From Perkinsus olseni (Eukaryota): 42,786 bases of DNA. A program made the translations under genes and the position numbers. The notes below the pieces were generated by a model. The model searched no databases and was not told where the DNA came from. It worked only from the letters and a program-made list of their open reading frames with translations. The stretch spans positions 1 through 42,786 of the forward strand of contig JABANN010000285.1 in NCBI GenBank assembly GCA_013115125.1, in the 5' to 3' direction. Of this stretch, positions 25,100 to 37,352 are shown piece after piece (positions within the stretch are counted from its first letter, which is position 1; every line of letters begins with the position of its first letter).

Positions 25100-26999
25100 C
25101 TACTGCTGCTGGTGCTGCTGCTGCTCCTTCAGAACGTAAGGTACAACAAACTCTCGGAGGAAATAGGTGTGTACCTGAGATGGCATCCCTTCGACCAGCC
25201 CAACTGAACTCCAATTAGTGAGAGAATGACTACGACTTCGGGAGCTACAGAGTGCTACTGTATGCTTTTGGATTTCCTTCCTCTCGACTAGCACACGATC
25301 GAAAAGCGGCGCTGCGTGACACCGCGGAGACCTATGTTTCTCAGCAATTCCCCAACAGTCTGCGGGCTCCTCGAAATCTCTGCGACAGACTATATGACAG
25401 AGTGCCCCCGGTAGTACAGTATGGTCATCCGTAAGCTCAGGATGGAAGCACGTGACCATCATGTTGTCCTCCTTAGCTGCGCATATAAGAGGGCCATCGA
25501 ATGAGGGATGGTGAATAGTACCTGGCAGATGATCAGGAATCCTAGGTCCACGAGGAGCTCCCATAAATGATGTTCTATCAAGAGTGCATTGAGCTAGTCG
25601 ACAACGAGAGATTCATCAGGTTCACTGGGTTCGGGTTCACTGGGTTGACTTCGTCCCTATTCCTCGGTTCATCAGCATAAAGCTCCCACCCAAACTTACC
25701 TAGTACCGTCACCTTCTCAGGGTCCACATCAAGAATCGCCGGTGCTCGGATAAAGACAGCCGGGACATCGGCGAAAATCTGAAAGGGGGAGGGTGGATGC
25801 GTCTCGGGGGGAGGAGGCCGGGACTTACGCAACCCTCATCAATGGACGCCTCGAAAGAATTCAATTGACGGCCAAAGTAGTTGCGGGAAACCCTGATGTC
25901 CATGACGCCAATAGGATTGCCGTATCTGATAGATCACATCATCATCACCACATTGGAACAGCACACGAGGCAGAGTAGTGCACCGCGCGGCCGACTATCC
26001 AGAAGCAGACAGAGGAGGGGCGCTCGCTAGGGAGCCGCGAAGTGTGTCCGTCGGTTTCAGGGTGTAATAAGTAAGCGCCGAAATCTCCGTCCCTTGACTC
26101 ACTTGCATTCGGTGTGCTCCACTATTGCTCCAGATGCATCCCTACTACTCTGGCAAACAGTCTTGGCGAGGAGGATGGTGCCAGCACACGTTCCCCAGAT
26201 GGGACGACCGGAGAGGGCGAATTGCCTGCAGGGAAGGAAGCGATGCGGAGAGCAGCTGCTGAGTAAACTATCTCATCTACGACGCAGGGCTCTCGCCCCA
26301 TAACAAATGGTATGACCGGAAGATGTTAAACAGTCACGGAGGGAGAAGAAGCGAACTGTCAGAAACGAAGGCCATGAAGTCGGCCCGGGATGATAGAAAG
26401 TTATGCCTGAGGAGCTTCATCTTGATGGGCTCGCCCGTGACGGAAAATCCACTCGACCCATGCAGTACCTCATTCCCTCGACAATATCATCCTCTCCACC
26501 CTCAGAGATGATCTTCATAGCAGTGGACTCGCCACCAGGAATGATAAGACCATCACATGCATTCAACTCAGCTATAGTACGAACCTGAAAAGCAATATGA
26601 TTTACCGCGCGCCACGAAATAGATCTCCCATTACCTCGCAGGGAGTGATCTTGACTCCCTTCAGATCGAGCTTACTGAGGACGATGCAGTGCTCCGAGAA
26701 CGCTCCTTGCAAAGCCAGGACACCAACACGAACCTAAGAGGCCGATAAAGCCGTGCACGCTTATCACCAACTACAAACGGTAGCGAGCTTTTCTTAAGTA
26801 ACCTTCGCTTCAAATTAAAGAGCGTCAAAGACAGAATGGAATAGAGTTTCGGAGGGCTAGCACTGGCCCAGTGCCACTGGGTCGAGCAACAAGCACTGGT
26901 TAACCACGCCAGCAGTACCTCCAAGCTATCGGCCGCTCCTTTCGATGCTGTTACTGGGGCTAGGTTGGAGGGACACACGTTGGAGGCAATGCACGACAT
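25100..26999 (-). CDS. PDX2: Pyridoxal 5'-phosphate synthase glutaminase subunit (SNO/PdxT)
   Basis: VGVLALQGAFSEH, DGLIIPGGESTAM, PIWGTCAGTILLA, VSRNYFGRQLNSF, AVFIRAP, TCFHPELTDD|VHTYFL; catalytic Cys-His-Glu present. Ends in QQQHQQQ. Confidence 0.95.
26860..26881. repeat. 22-bp scar, 8-mer GCACTGGG, perfect, in PDX2 intron 1
   Basis: GCACTGG-CCCAGTGC-CACTGGG inside intron 26734-26918. Confidence 0.85.
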
Positions 27000-27181
27000 G
27001 TGGGCGAGGAACCGAGAAAGGAGGACAAAACAACTGGTGAGAAGCCAATATGCCCATACCCATTCCACTAGCACTGGTAACGCAACATGTTTGTACTGTA
27101 CTTTGGGAAACAGTCGAAACAACAGTCGAGTGGCTCGGCGAAGCTAGATCGTGCTGGCCCCTCATAATTGCAACAGTCTCT

Positions 27182-29680
27182 TTATTGAGTCTTTTTAGAT
27201 GCATCAACCTGACTAGGCTTGCCCCGCCTTAGCAGCATCGACACGCTGAACAGGATGTAGAGGACTATAAACACGCACCAGCCGATCTGAGAACGGGCAA
27301 CCTCAACATGTCCAGCAACAGACGATCTTCGACACCAGTTTCAGCGAGAAAGTCCAAGCTAAATCCTCACCTTGTTCTCCCTCGGGACGGGTGGCATCTC
27401 GGGCAGGGTCTTGAAGATGAGAACATCTTCACTTATAATAGTAAGGCAAAAGACCTACACAGCAGGACTCTGCATCACCAGCTGACACAAGGCTACGTAC
27501 CAAGCACTGAGTGCCGAGCCTGGTGACATTGGGGTCCAGCATATACATATAGTACTGGCGGACAGTGGGAATAGCGGCAAGTATCATGAGAGCGAGACGA
27601 CCCTGGAACAACCATCACTACGCCGACCGTGGTGTGCGGTCATTACCATGACGAAGGGATGCTCGGTGGGGATGTACAGGTTGAGCTTCAACATGAAGAG
27701 ATTAAGATCCACCAACATGCACACTAGCATCATCAGCTGCATACCGAAGTACCTCACAAGCACCGCGAAACTGGTTGCAGGTGTGAAAGTAGCAAAAATA
27801 CCTCTTCACTGTGAGCATGTCCTCCCATTCCACATGCATCCATGATTCTGGCGTGAACTGCATCACCGAACGCTTCAGCTGAGATGAAAACGGGCATGGC
27901 TAATCCCTCACTCGATGAAGGGTATATCGCTCTACCTTGGCTCCTAGAGTAGGCGCGTCGAAGATGCTGGACCAGTGATACTCCTTAAACTCGAGGTAAC
28001 TGAGAGAAGTGCCCCGACCGGGGATCGAACCCGGGACCTCTAGGTGCTCCCTACTTGCAAAGGTACAGTCCAATCTCGATACCAATGCCGTTGCAGAGAA
28101 GGACGTCCATCACCCAGGAGTCCCACCAGCACTCAGCGAAATTGGGAACGGCGAACACTGAAAGGACAAGGCACACCTCCCGTCAACACAGTAACAGCCG
28201 AATGGACGAGCAATGCCTAGGAGCCCTCGTGACTCTTCGACACTTGCCCCCTGCGCGCAGCAATCGGACCGCATGCAAATCTTAATGAGCTCTATGTGCT
28301 CACAGCGATGCACACGGTGAGTCGATCCTTAATAGATGAATCGGTGTGGAATAAAATACGGATAAGGATATTTTTGACTGTTTCAGGCGGGAGCCCAGCA
28401 CATTCGGGGAACCATGCGTGCCAAGGTGTCCGTCAAGTGACAGAGTGGAGCTAAGATACCTCAACTCACCGAGAGATTTCTCCACGAACTCCCAGCCGAC
28501 AGAGAAGAACCAGCAGAACATCCTATTGCGGAATAAAAGGCCCTTCACTATCCATCCGAAGAAGTGTCCGATAACGAATCTGAACAGCAGCAGGCGGAGC
28601 GATGCAGCAATGTCAGTCGTGTATCGCTGACTACATGTCCAACTTTGACTTCACATTGTCCCACGTTAGCGCACAGTCCTCTGCGTAGAAGGGCAGGGGG
28701 TGCCACCTGAGCGGCGTTGCAAGATGATGGTGAGCAGACGCAGCCGGTGAGGACGGTGAAGATACCCGGGAGGACCGAGCCAAGGCTTACTCGCCCATTG
28801 AGGGATCCAGACCGTGCAGAAGATTCCTGAGCTGCTCAGGGGTGAGGAACAGGGCCCATACGACACCCAGCAGATAGAGGAAGTTGAGACCTGAGGAAAT
28901 CCAGTAGATCTCACCACCCGACAGACCATAACAAAAGTGCCGCAGACGCCGTATTACCGAAAACTATCTTCCAGAATGCCGGGTGGGGCCGGACGAAAGG
29001 ACCGCTAGGGAAGGCGAAGAGGCCGACAACCAAATACAGCGCTACCACGAAGGGGAGGCCTCGTACTAAGTTTTGGGAGAGATCTGAGTATCACGACGAT
29101 ACTCCCCTCCTCACCAGTATCGCTGCTACTACCATTGGCTTCAGCGTCCGCGCCATGCTTGATCGTATAGTAGTATATCAACGCCATGGCCGCAATAAGC
29201 ACGAACAGACTATGGGACTCGTAGAACCTACCACACAGACGCCATCTGTCGGGGCCTCGGGAATGGGGGTGACCTACCAGGGTACGGTGATATCGGGCAC
29301 TGGCCGATGCTCTAAGTTGGCTATGGCATCCTCGTACCTACAATAGGGAAGATCTCACAGTACGCCTATGGGGCAATCGAAGATCTACTCTTCCCCGACG
29401 AAGGGTAAGAACGCGAGCGAACTAAAGCGCTGGCGACACGGATCTAGAAGCCTGGGCATTGCAGACTCGAAATGACCCACGCTCTCTGAAAAACTCGGCA
29501 TCTCTTCGCTCCGCCTTACTCTTGATTATATATTCTATCTTTTCGACTGGCATCAGTAGGCGAGCCGATACTCCCTGATCGTGGACGGTGTGACGACTCT
29601 TCCGTATCCTTCGAAGGGCCCATCGGTGGCGCCCCTCTGCCGTGAAGCGGTCTTGATGATGTTGAGGACGATGATGTCAT
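27182..29680 (-). CDS. PSS: Phosphatidylserine synthase, base-exchange type (PTDSS/PSS family)
   Basis: [100 protein letters not shown]. Confidence 0.93.
28010..28044 (-). pseudogene. Orphan tRNA 3' half (Phe/Thr/Met-like) filling a 55-nt PSS intron, sense to host
   Basis: CCTAG-AGGTC-CCGGG-TTCGATC-CCCGG-TCGGGGC-A: variable loop, perfect T arm, acceptor strand and discriminator, within intron 28000-28054. No 5' half found. Confidence 0.8.
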
Positions 29681-30169
29681 AGGGTAAAAGGCAAGTCCAG
29701 TCAAACTACCATGAAGACATCACGATGGAACGAAAATGACCTGTGACCACGCCCCTCGATCTCCCTGTACGCAACAAGCAGAATAGTAAAGGGAAATATC
29801 GTTCAATCAAGCAGTGGACGGGGACCCCTCCTGATCAGTCGGTTTGGCCCCGTCCAGTACCTCACTGAGGGACTCCATTAGGCTCACTGGTACCTGAAGA
29901 TACAGGCCTTCTACTGAGTCACTTTCTCACACTAATAACTAATATGCTGTAGAGATCGAGGATGGGTGTACCGCCAAGATTAGGTTGTCGCGGACAGAAT
30001 CCTACGCCATGCGGAGGAAAGCTGAGCGTGCTGCCCAGAGAGCACATAATCCAGGAGTCGCGAGTCCAGCCTCTCGCAGCCAATTCAATAAATGGTTTAG
30101 AGCAAGCAAGTCATTGCATAGAGGAGCACGCAGAACACTAAGGCACGACAGCGGTCGAGTTATTCCAGC

Positions 30170-31653
30170 ATTATCAACATGAGCATGCTCGGCCAGCTGT
30201 CATTACCTTATCCTTCATCTCAGGCTTGTCCTCGAGGACCTGCCGCAACCTCCTCAGATCAGCCTCCATCGCCATTGCAGCACTCTAAGCAACACCGGAG
30301 ACACCCCATATTACTGTTATCAGTGACAGAAATCACCCCACCTCCGTCTCAAAGTTATTGCTCTCAAATTCCGTCTGTTCTCGATGAAGAGAGCGCAAAA
30401 CCTGAACCGCAGCCAGTGAACACAAACAATGTCCCCCCACCACGGTACGAGTCCTCATCACCGACAGCGTCACGGGCTCGATCAATTCCGTTCCGCAACC
30501 GTCGTGAGGGAACTAGTAAGCTCTTCGACGATGTACAGCCTGTCCCACACGAACTTAAGAAATTCCCAGAAGCAGCTGGCCTATCTCTCTTCCTCGTTAT
30601 TACATTGCCATGACTCATCTGATCCAACTTGCGGCGCTTCTGGATATCTTCAACCTCCTTCGCCAACGCCTTCCTCTTCTTAGCAAGAGATTGCTCAAAC
30701 GCCGATACCTACGTTACCGCACAGGGAGCTGAGCTAGCCCGCGATAGGATAGTAGACCGCTATCAGACCTGCAGCTTGCCGTGGATCCATTGCGGCACCG
30801 CATACTTCGTTGCCACGTCCAAGTACTCGTTGTTCTCCTCAGTATCGAAGATGCTTATCTAAGAACATAACAACTCATTTCTCGAGATATACGGACAAGG
30901 ACGCTGTCGTTGAAGATATCGGCGTATCGCTCCCGGCGCGAGTCAGTGAACAACGGGTAATTCCGCCGAAGGGTGTGAAATCTCACTGGCCGTAGTGGCA
31001 GCACTCATAGGGAAAGACTCGAAGCCTGATACCGTGCCTCCTAGTACTACCTTAGTCCTATCTCTGCATTCTTCCCATGCTTCAACCGAGGATGCCTTGG
31101 AAGGGAGAGGGAGATGCGCCCGACTGTAGTCCGACGGATTCACCTGCAAAAACGACGCTCGAATCATCCGTCCCACGTCCAGGCTCCGCGACGATCATCA
31201 GCACCCGATAAGCAGTCCCCCCTGTCATCACCCTCTCGCTGAGCCCTTCCTTAGGAAGCTGACCACCATTCGCCTCAATCTTCTCCATCGCCTCCTTCAC
31301 GAAGGGACTGTTGTCCAGGTAGGGGCACTCGGGCACAGGCAAGGGCTCAAGATAGTCTCTAAAATCATCCCCTTTCGCGCCAAATGGCAGAGCAGGCTTC
31401 GTACCGGGAGGGCTGGAAGGTGGCGATCTCTTTCTGGATCATCTCCTCTACTCGAGCGAAGTCCTCTTGTCCGAAGGGATCGATGAAGGGCAACGCATCG
31501 ATCAACTGGTAGTTCGGGATGGACTAAAAAGCAATGACCGGATCGGAGTTCTATTTAGTAATGCCCATCCGAAGTAAGACCACCCACCTGATAGAGATGC
31601 TCCGATAGATGTAGTGGTCCATCGGTCACAGCCAGCTTTTTCTCCTCTGTCAT
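30170..31653 (-). CDS. SPF27: Pre-mRNA splicing factor SPF27/BCAS2
   Basis: LIDALPFIDP...VEEMIQKEI, VEAWEECRDRTK, YLDVATKYAVPQW, EVEDIQKRRKLDQMSHGN|VLRSLHREQTEFESNNFETE. 3' end approximate. Confidence 0.85.
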
Positions 31654-31949
31654 TACAATCCTCAATTGCTGAGCCTTGATAACTGCTTGCCCCCACTGTA
31701 GCGCGAGAGTACGATTCGTATAGAGGTTGGCCTTGAGAGGCTCTCCTCCCTCCACGTTCTTCGACCGTTCACTAATCGCCTCGCAACTCAACACTTCTGG
31801 TGTAAGCAAAAGTGATATCTTATACCGCATTATAATAACGAGCACCATCATGTTGACTAACTTCTACCATCCTGGCGAGGACGTGCAATAAATGCCTATC
31901 CCCAGCCTGTACTGCTGAACGTAGCGTTCAATGATAACAAAAAAGATCT

Positions 31950-32476
31950 CTACTTCGACCCGGGCATGATACCACTCGGCCAGTCCATCCCGGTTGCAGG
32001 CACCTTGTCCATTCCCAACGCCTCCTTGCGCGCTTGCAGCTTCCTGCAAAGACACCACCTTGCACTGGAACGACCAAGGCGTTAATCTGACCTATTAGTG
32101 TGCTCCCAGTGGAAACCGGCTTTCTGATAGGCGTAGCGCCTCTCCCACCAGATGTAGTTGGGGATGAACCAAAAGCCCGTCCAGACTAAGGCAGGCTGCA
32201 AGTGCGGCGACTAACCTCAACGACTACTTACAAATAAACCACATTATGTTAGTGTAACACCATTTCTCAGTGAAGACCATCTTGGGGAAGTGCCAGAGGC
32301 AGGTGAAGTAGTCGTAGCTCTTAGAACGGCCATACCTGATAACAGTACCTCACAACAACGCAACGACGGCACTCCACTCACCTCTGCTGGTTATGTGGCA
32401 ACACGACGTACTCAGGAAGTTCACGACCGTGTGCTCCACCAAGACGTATTGCAGCGCGAGCAGCCACTCGAAGCAT
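31950..32476 (-). CDS. Small single-pass protein with mitochondrial presequence-like N-terminus
   Basis: MLRVAARAAIRLGGAHGRELPEYVVLPHNQQR|YGRSKSYDYFTCLWHFPKMVFTEKWCYTNIMWFI|FWTGFWFIPNYIWWERRYAYQK...PGSK*. Confidence 0.6.
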
Positions 32477-33276
32477 CAGACGACAACCAAGTAAGATGGT
32501 CTGCTGATTCGAATACAGACTCTGTACTCTAAATGCGATGAGGGCACTCGCGCGCGCCCCGCTGATCTATTTTGGTCAATACACAAGGGCAGGGAAGAGT
32601 ACGGAAACACGACTTCGCTTCAGTGGTCATTCGTCTTAACTGAAGTAGTCTTTATTGACGCATCGACACTAACCATCTGAACAGGAAAGGATATCTACTT
32701 GCGCACAGCAAAGATTTTAAGATACGCCTCTGGGCTCTCACCTGTCTGAAATCCGACCTGCAGCATCGAACAGAAATGCGCCGTCATCAATGCTGCACTA
32801 AGATCATTTAAGACCATGTACTGCTAACTGGTCTCTCCTCAGCACGAACTAACTGTAATACTACGATGATGGATCTACTCTAAGGAATGGGCGACCGGAG
32901 TGAAGTGTATCGTCCTGAAGCTCTCGCTTGCAGGTTTGAAGAGAAGGTACTCACTGAAAAGATTCACCAAACGCCGTCGCTGCTGCAGAATGAGCCAGCG
33001 ACTAGCATCATATAAGGGAAAAAAGAGGACAAAAAGGGGAAAGAGGGCGGCACACTGGTCCAGGTTTTGCACACCTGGACCTGTACATGATATCATCGGA
33101 AACACTGCCAGCCGCAGAGGGCCACCCACACCCTGATAATAATGGTGATAATAAGAATGAAAACTCCTTGTTGTTGCTGATGTTGATCTACGGATTCTGA
33201 TTCTATGGTGATAACAGGGCTTTACATGTTCCATAATGACACTCTTGGGGATGCAAAGCACGCATACACATAACGA

Positions 33277-34649
33277 TTAGGTTCGCTGTTCCGATGCACT
33301 TGAAACTCGTGCATGGTACATAGCCGCGCCACCGGATGGCACGGGGAATCGATAGGAGATGGGTTCACTGCCTTCATCGCTACCACATATCAGTGGCGCG
33401 CGACGGTGACTCGTTGGCCGGAGCGAGGCTACTGCTGGTTGTACTGCTCTCAGCAGCACTAGTAAGACGGCAGCGAACTCTGTCCATCGCCGAGGGCATC
33501 CACGGGTCCTTAGCTGCAGAACGGACGAGCCTGAAGAGTAAATTTCATAGCGGCTTCCGGGGCGAGTCGAAGATACTCTACGCTGATGCTCTCCAGCCGT
33601 CGTGGTAATCTTGGCCATGGTGTGCCGGATGACCGATTGGGCTGCATGACAGGTCGGAGTCGAACGCCTCCTCGTGAAGGCAATCGTCACTCAGAAGCGC
33701 AGCAACCTGTCAAGGGCATCAGAAAAAATTCACATCAATTCCGATGAATACCACTCCATCACGAAATCACCTCGCTCGGCAGCAAGCAGCCCCCTATTTC
33801 CAGAGCATGTCCGTCGTCAAGACTTCCCCTATTAACAGCACCCCCGCTGTCCGAAGGGGGACTAGGCGCACTGAGCCGAGACAGAGATGCACCGCTAGCT
33901 CTAGTCACAGCCTTACCTCGAGCACGGCGTGAACTCAGGTGCATTGGCGTTGAGCCCGTTCATGAAGGTACCAGTAGCATCAGCCTCTTCCGTTGTGGCC
34001 TTGCAGGGGCCGTCCAGGGGAAGTCCCAGAGAGGTCGTCTTGATGGCTTGGACGAAGAAGACCGCACGGTGCTTGGTCTTATGCCATTTGTTCCATGACT
34101 TATACGACTGCCATACCGCCGTCCCGCTGTGGCCCAGCTCTCGAATCTGCGATATCGGCACCTGAACACACACCGTGAGGGTGGAGCCCGTCTTGATGGA
34201 GCGATAAGCACCTCATCGAAGTTGTCTCGGGTCGGTGAGGATGACGTTGGTTTAACATGAGCCAGTATTTCCTCGCCCAGGGAGGCCGTAGGCATGTCCA
34301 CTTCAACGTCCAATTGGAGATAGTAAGCTCCGTCTTTCGCGTCGTACACGATCTTAACCAGTTCGCTTGCGCGTGCGTGCACGGACATCCTGCACGAGCC
34401 GACAGTCCTCCCGCTACTAGGCCTGACGTCTCCTAGGCAAGGCACCGGTCCTCGGTCACCGTGGGCGTGATGGGAGCCCGTTATACGCTTTAACAAGGCT
34501 TCCACCGGCACTGTAACGGTACCGAGAGCCGACGTCTTAGAGCCTGCACGGAGGCAGGAGGGCTTCCGACTACCAGCAGAATAGCGCGTGGTGGGAGCAT
34601 CCGCCCAGAAGGGTTGATGGCCGCCAACGCTGACCGACGACAGGGACAT
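33277..34649 (-). CDS. PAM2-motif protein, paralog B
   Basis: Shares VPVE.LLK, RM.V.ARAS.LV...Y, L.V..D.PT and IRELGH.G..VWQ.YK..NKWHK.KH.A with paralog A. LNANAPEFTP at 33925-33954. 3' end approximate. Confidence 0.7.
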
Positions 34650-35054
34650 AATGGTAAGCTTCGGAGAGGGCGGCAAGACAGACTGAATGAGAGAAAGGGA
34701 AAGCGCGATACGGCCGGACGAGACCATCGATGCTTTGCCGTCTTCCGACTACACTACTGACCAGGATTGAGGAGATCGAACAAAACCCCTCTGTCTGGCG
34801 AAAAGGGACGATGACGTGATCGACTAAGTGCATAATGATCATCATACACGAAATGTGTGAGAGCTGATAATATGAAACGACGTATCCTCAAGGTTCGCTC
34901 TAACAGATTTGGTGCAAACGCGTCCACGGCCATACCGTCTGCCAGGGGGGGGCTCGCCGCTCTCGGCTTGACTCGGCATAAAGCACACGGCGAGGGGCCA
35001 TCTACTCATGGAGAACCAAAGATCAAGGCAGCGGGATTCTAGAGGACGGCCCCT

Positions 35055-35076
35055 GTTACGACTCGTAACTTACGAA
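35055..35076. repeat. 22-bp scar, 8-mer GTTACGAG, 1 mismatch
   Basis: GTTACGA-CTCGTAAC-TTACGAa. Confidence 0.75.
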
Positions 35077-35474
35077 GGAAATGCTCGATGTGAATGAGCT
35101 CAGCGAGAAGCTGCTTGAAGATGGGGCATCAAGCCTCAGGGCGCTTGCCAGCACCGATACGGTTGTGTAATCCGCGGACTACTTGTGCAACAACTTGGGC
35201 CGAGTGGACTAGACTCGGACCTGTGCGTCGGGACTCGGACGTGACTTCAATCTTAGTGTTATTATCCAGTTTAATGTTACACTGTAGTGGTAGCATCCAC
35301 AGGGGTAGTAGTAGAGTTGGTAATGATGACGGCAAGAGGCGGACAAGAATACACAGAACGTGTCAAGGCACCCAACAGTAGCAGGAGATGTAGACAAAGC
35401 CGCTACGACTAGGAAGGAATCTTGACTTGACATTTTCCCAAGCTGGCTTCTCTAAGGGACAGCCAACCTTCTAG

Positions 35475-36791
35475 TCACAACGGCGTGGGGCAAAAGGGCA
35501 CACTCGACGACGGTGTCAGTGACAAATGCATCAGCTTAGTCGATATAGAAGCGAGAACTGCTCGGGGTGGCCGGAGAGGATACATGGCTGGAATTGAATC
35601 CTCCGCTGGTGAAGCTGCTCGAGTGGCTCCGGGCTCTGAAGCAAGATAAGGAGTAACAGACGAAGCGACCTCCACACTATAGCCCCTACGCAGTGATGGC
35701 ACGTGGAGCAGAGCTTCGCTTAGAGGTCCTCCAACTGTCGAATCTGTCCTCACCCGCAGCCGTCATGTCCACAGGGAGCTGCACTGGGCTGGCCACGAAT
35801 GTGCTGCTGTAACCGCTTTCCGTGGCGGTCGTGGAGATGCTCCCGAAGTCTGCTCCCATAGTGGGACTCGCGTACGCCGCCTACCAACAGGCAGGATAAG
35901 CAAACACCCTCGCCGAGGACCTCACCTCTGCGTGCGGAACAGAAGCATCAGGACACCGCGAGAGACCGCTCGCTAGTCCGGGCATTTTGCCGTAGCCAGC
36001 GAAGTCACCGCATCGCGGCGGAGGAGGCGAGAGGTGGCGTCCCCTGACACAAAAGGGCGTGAAAAGCCTCAAAGACACTGTCCTTACCTGGTGTCGGGCT
36101 TGAACTCTGGCGCATCGGCATTGAGACCGCCACTGCCGCCGAGAGCGTCGAAGTCAGACGAGGACAGGGCCTTCTGCTTAGAGAGGTAGTAGAGAGCGTT
36201 ATGCTTGTTCTTGTGCCACTTGTTGCAAGCCTTGTAGGCTTGCCACACCGACGACCCGCCGTGACCAAGTTCCCTTATGAACGCCATGGGGACCTGAGAA
36301 AGGACCATCAGACTGCTTCACGACCATGCCCTTACATCAGAGAAGCTCTCGCGCCTTGTACGTTGATCGCCCACCGCTGAGGCTCCTGCTGCTAGAGGCC
36401 TGACGTGCTCAAGAATTTGATAGCTGACATCGGTGGTGGGCAGGTCGATGTCGACGTTGAGTTCCACTTCATAGGTGGCAGATACTGTATTGTATTTTAC
36501 GTGAACGAGGCTGCTCGCTCGGGCTTTTACCGGCATCCTCGTGGTGCCCAAGACGGTTCCGGAACCGCCATCGCTGCGGCTGCATCGCTCCGCCGGGACG
36601 TAAACTATCCTCCTTTCGCCATCATCGCTGTCGGAGGACGAAGTGGACGGACGAGTGAGCTGCTTGAGAAGGTCCTCGACCGGTACTGAGATCCTCGCGT
36701 GAACCGAAGTTGTTCCAGAAACAGGATCTTCCGCACTTGAGTCGGGAGACATCTCCCGGCAGCCTGACTCACTGCCGTAACTGCTGGACAT
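35475..36791 (-). CDS. PAM2-motif protein, paralog A
   Basis: First two introns at the same positions as in paralog B. LNADAPEFKP at 36096-36125; Ser/Pro-rich tail. Confidence 0.75.
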
Positions 36792-37352
36792 GGTTATGTA
36801 AAGGATACACCAACATGAATAGATGTTCGTTACCCCCGTTTCGACCCTGACAAACTACCTAAAAGTCCCACGGGCGATCTACGACGGAAAGGCGATGAAA
36901 CGAATCATGCGCGGACGTCTGGGTCTGTGTCGGACCAAGACTGTCCCTCTCTACGTTAAGATACGCCTCGGACGATGGCCTTGGCATCCTCGGGAGCTCG
37001 GCTAGTCGGCCAGCTCAGCTCTAGTACAAGGCTTAATGTTGAAGGAGTTGCTACGGCGGTACGAGGGACGTTGAGGAAACACGAGGAATCTCAAGATTTG
37101 CAAGATTGTTACCATTTGCCCGGCTCTTTCGCAAAAAAGAAGACTCCACAGCCAATTCTGGGTTTCGCAATCAATTTACTGAACGGGGGTACACGTTCTC
37201 CCTCGGGATTCTCTTCAGGTCTCCTCTCCACGCGAACGACACTTCCTCACAGGCCCCCGCTGTTGTGCAGTGGTTCACTGCAGTCCTTGCTATGTCCAGC
37301 ACCGAAAGGGTCTGGCTGTAAACGGATGAAAAGAGATCCTCTTTATACGCTG

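Noticed and set aside
25605-25680. CTGATGA...GGACGAAG on the minus strand (hammerhead or C/D snoRNA-like), with a 13-nt direct repeat GGTTCACTGGGTT
   Set aside because: No GAAA core, no stem II and no terminal stem; the repeat looks like a simple tandem duplication.
28055-28090. GGACTGTA upstream of the tRNA 3' half, suggesting an intron-containing tRNA-Tyr
   Set aside because: It is PSS coding sequence (GIEIGLYLC) and has no D arm or matching acceptor strand.
28826-28840. CCTGAGC-T-GCTCAGG palindrome
   Set aside because: No third copy and it lies in a PSS exon; a few 7-bp-arm palindromes are expected by chance.
33057-33081. 9-bp stem hairpin GGTCCAGGT-7nt-ACCTGGACC
   Set aside because: Isolated, with no supporting context.
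32717-36969. Shared 14-mer TTAAGATACGCCTC at 32717 and 36956, both upstream of minus-strand genes
   Set aside because: A few 14-mer matches are expected by chance in 43 kb; no third copy.
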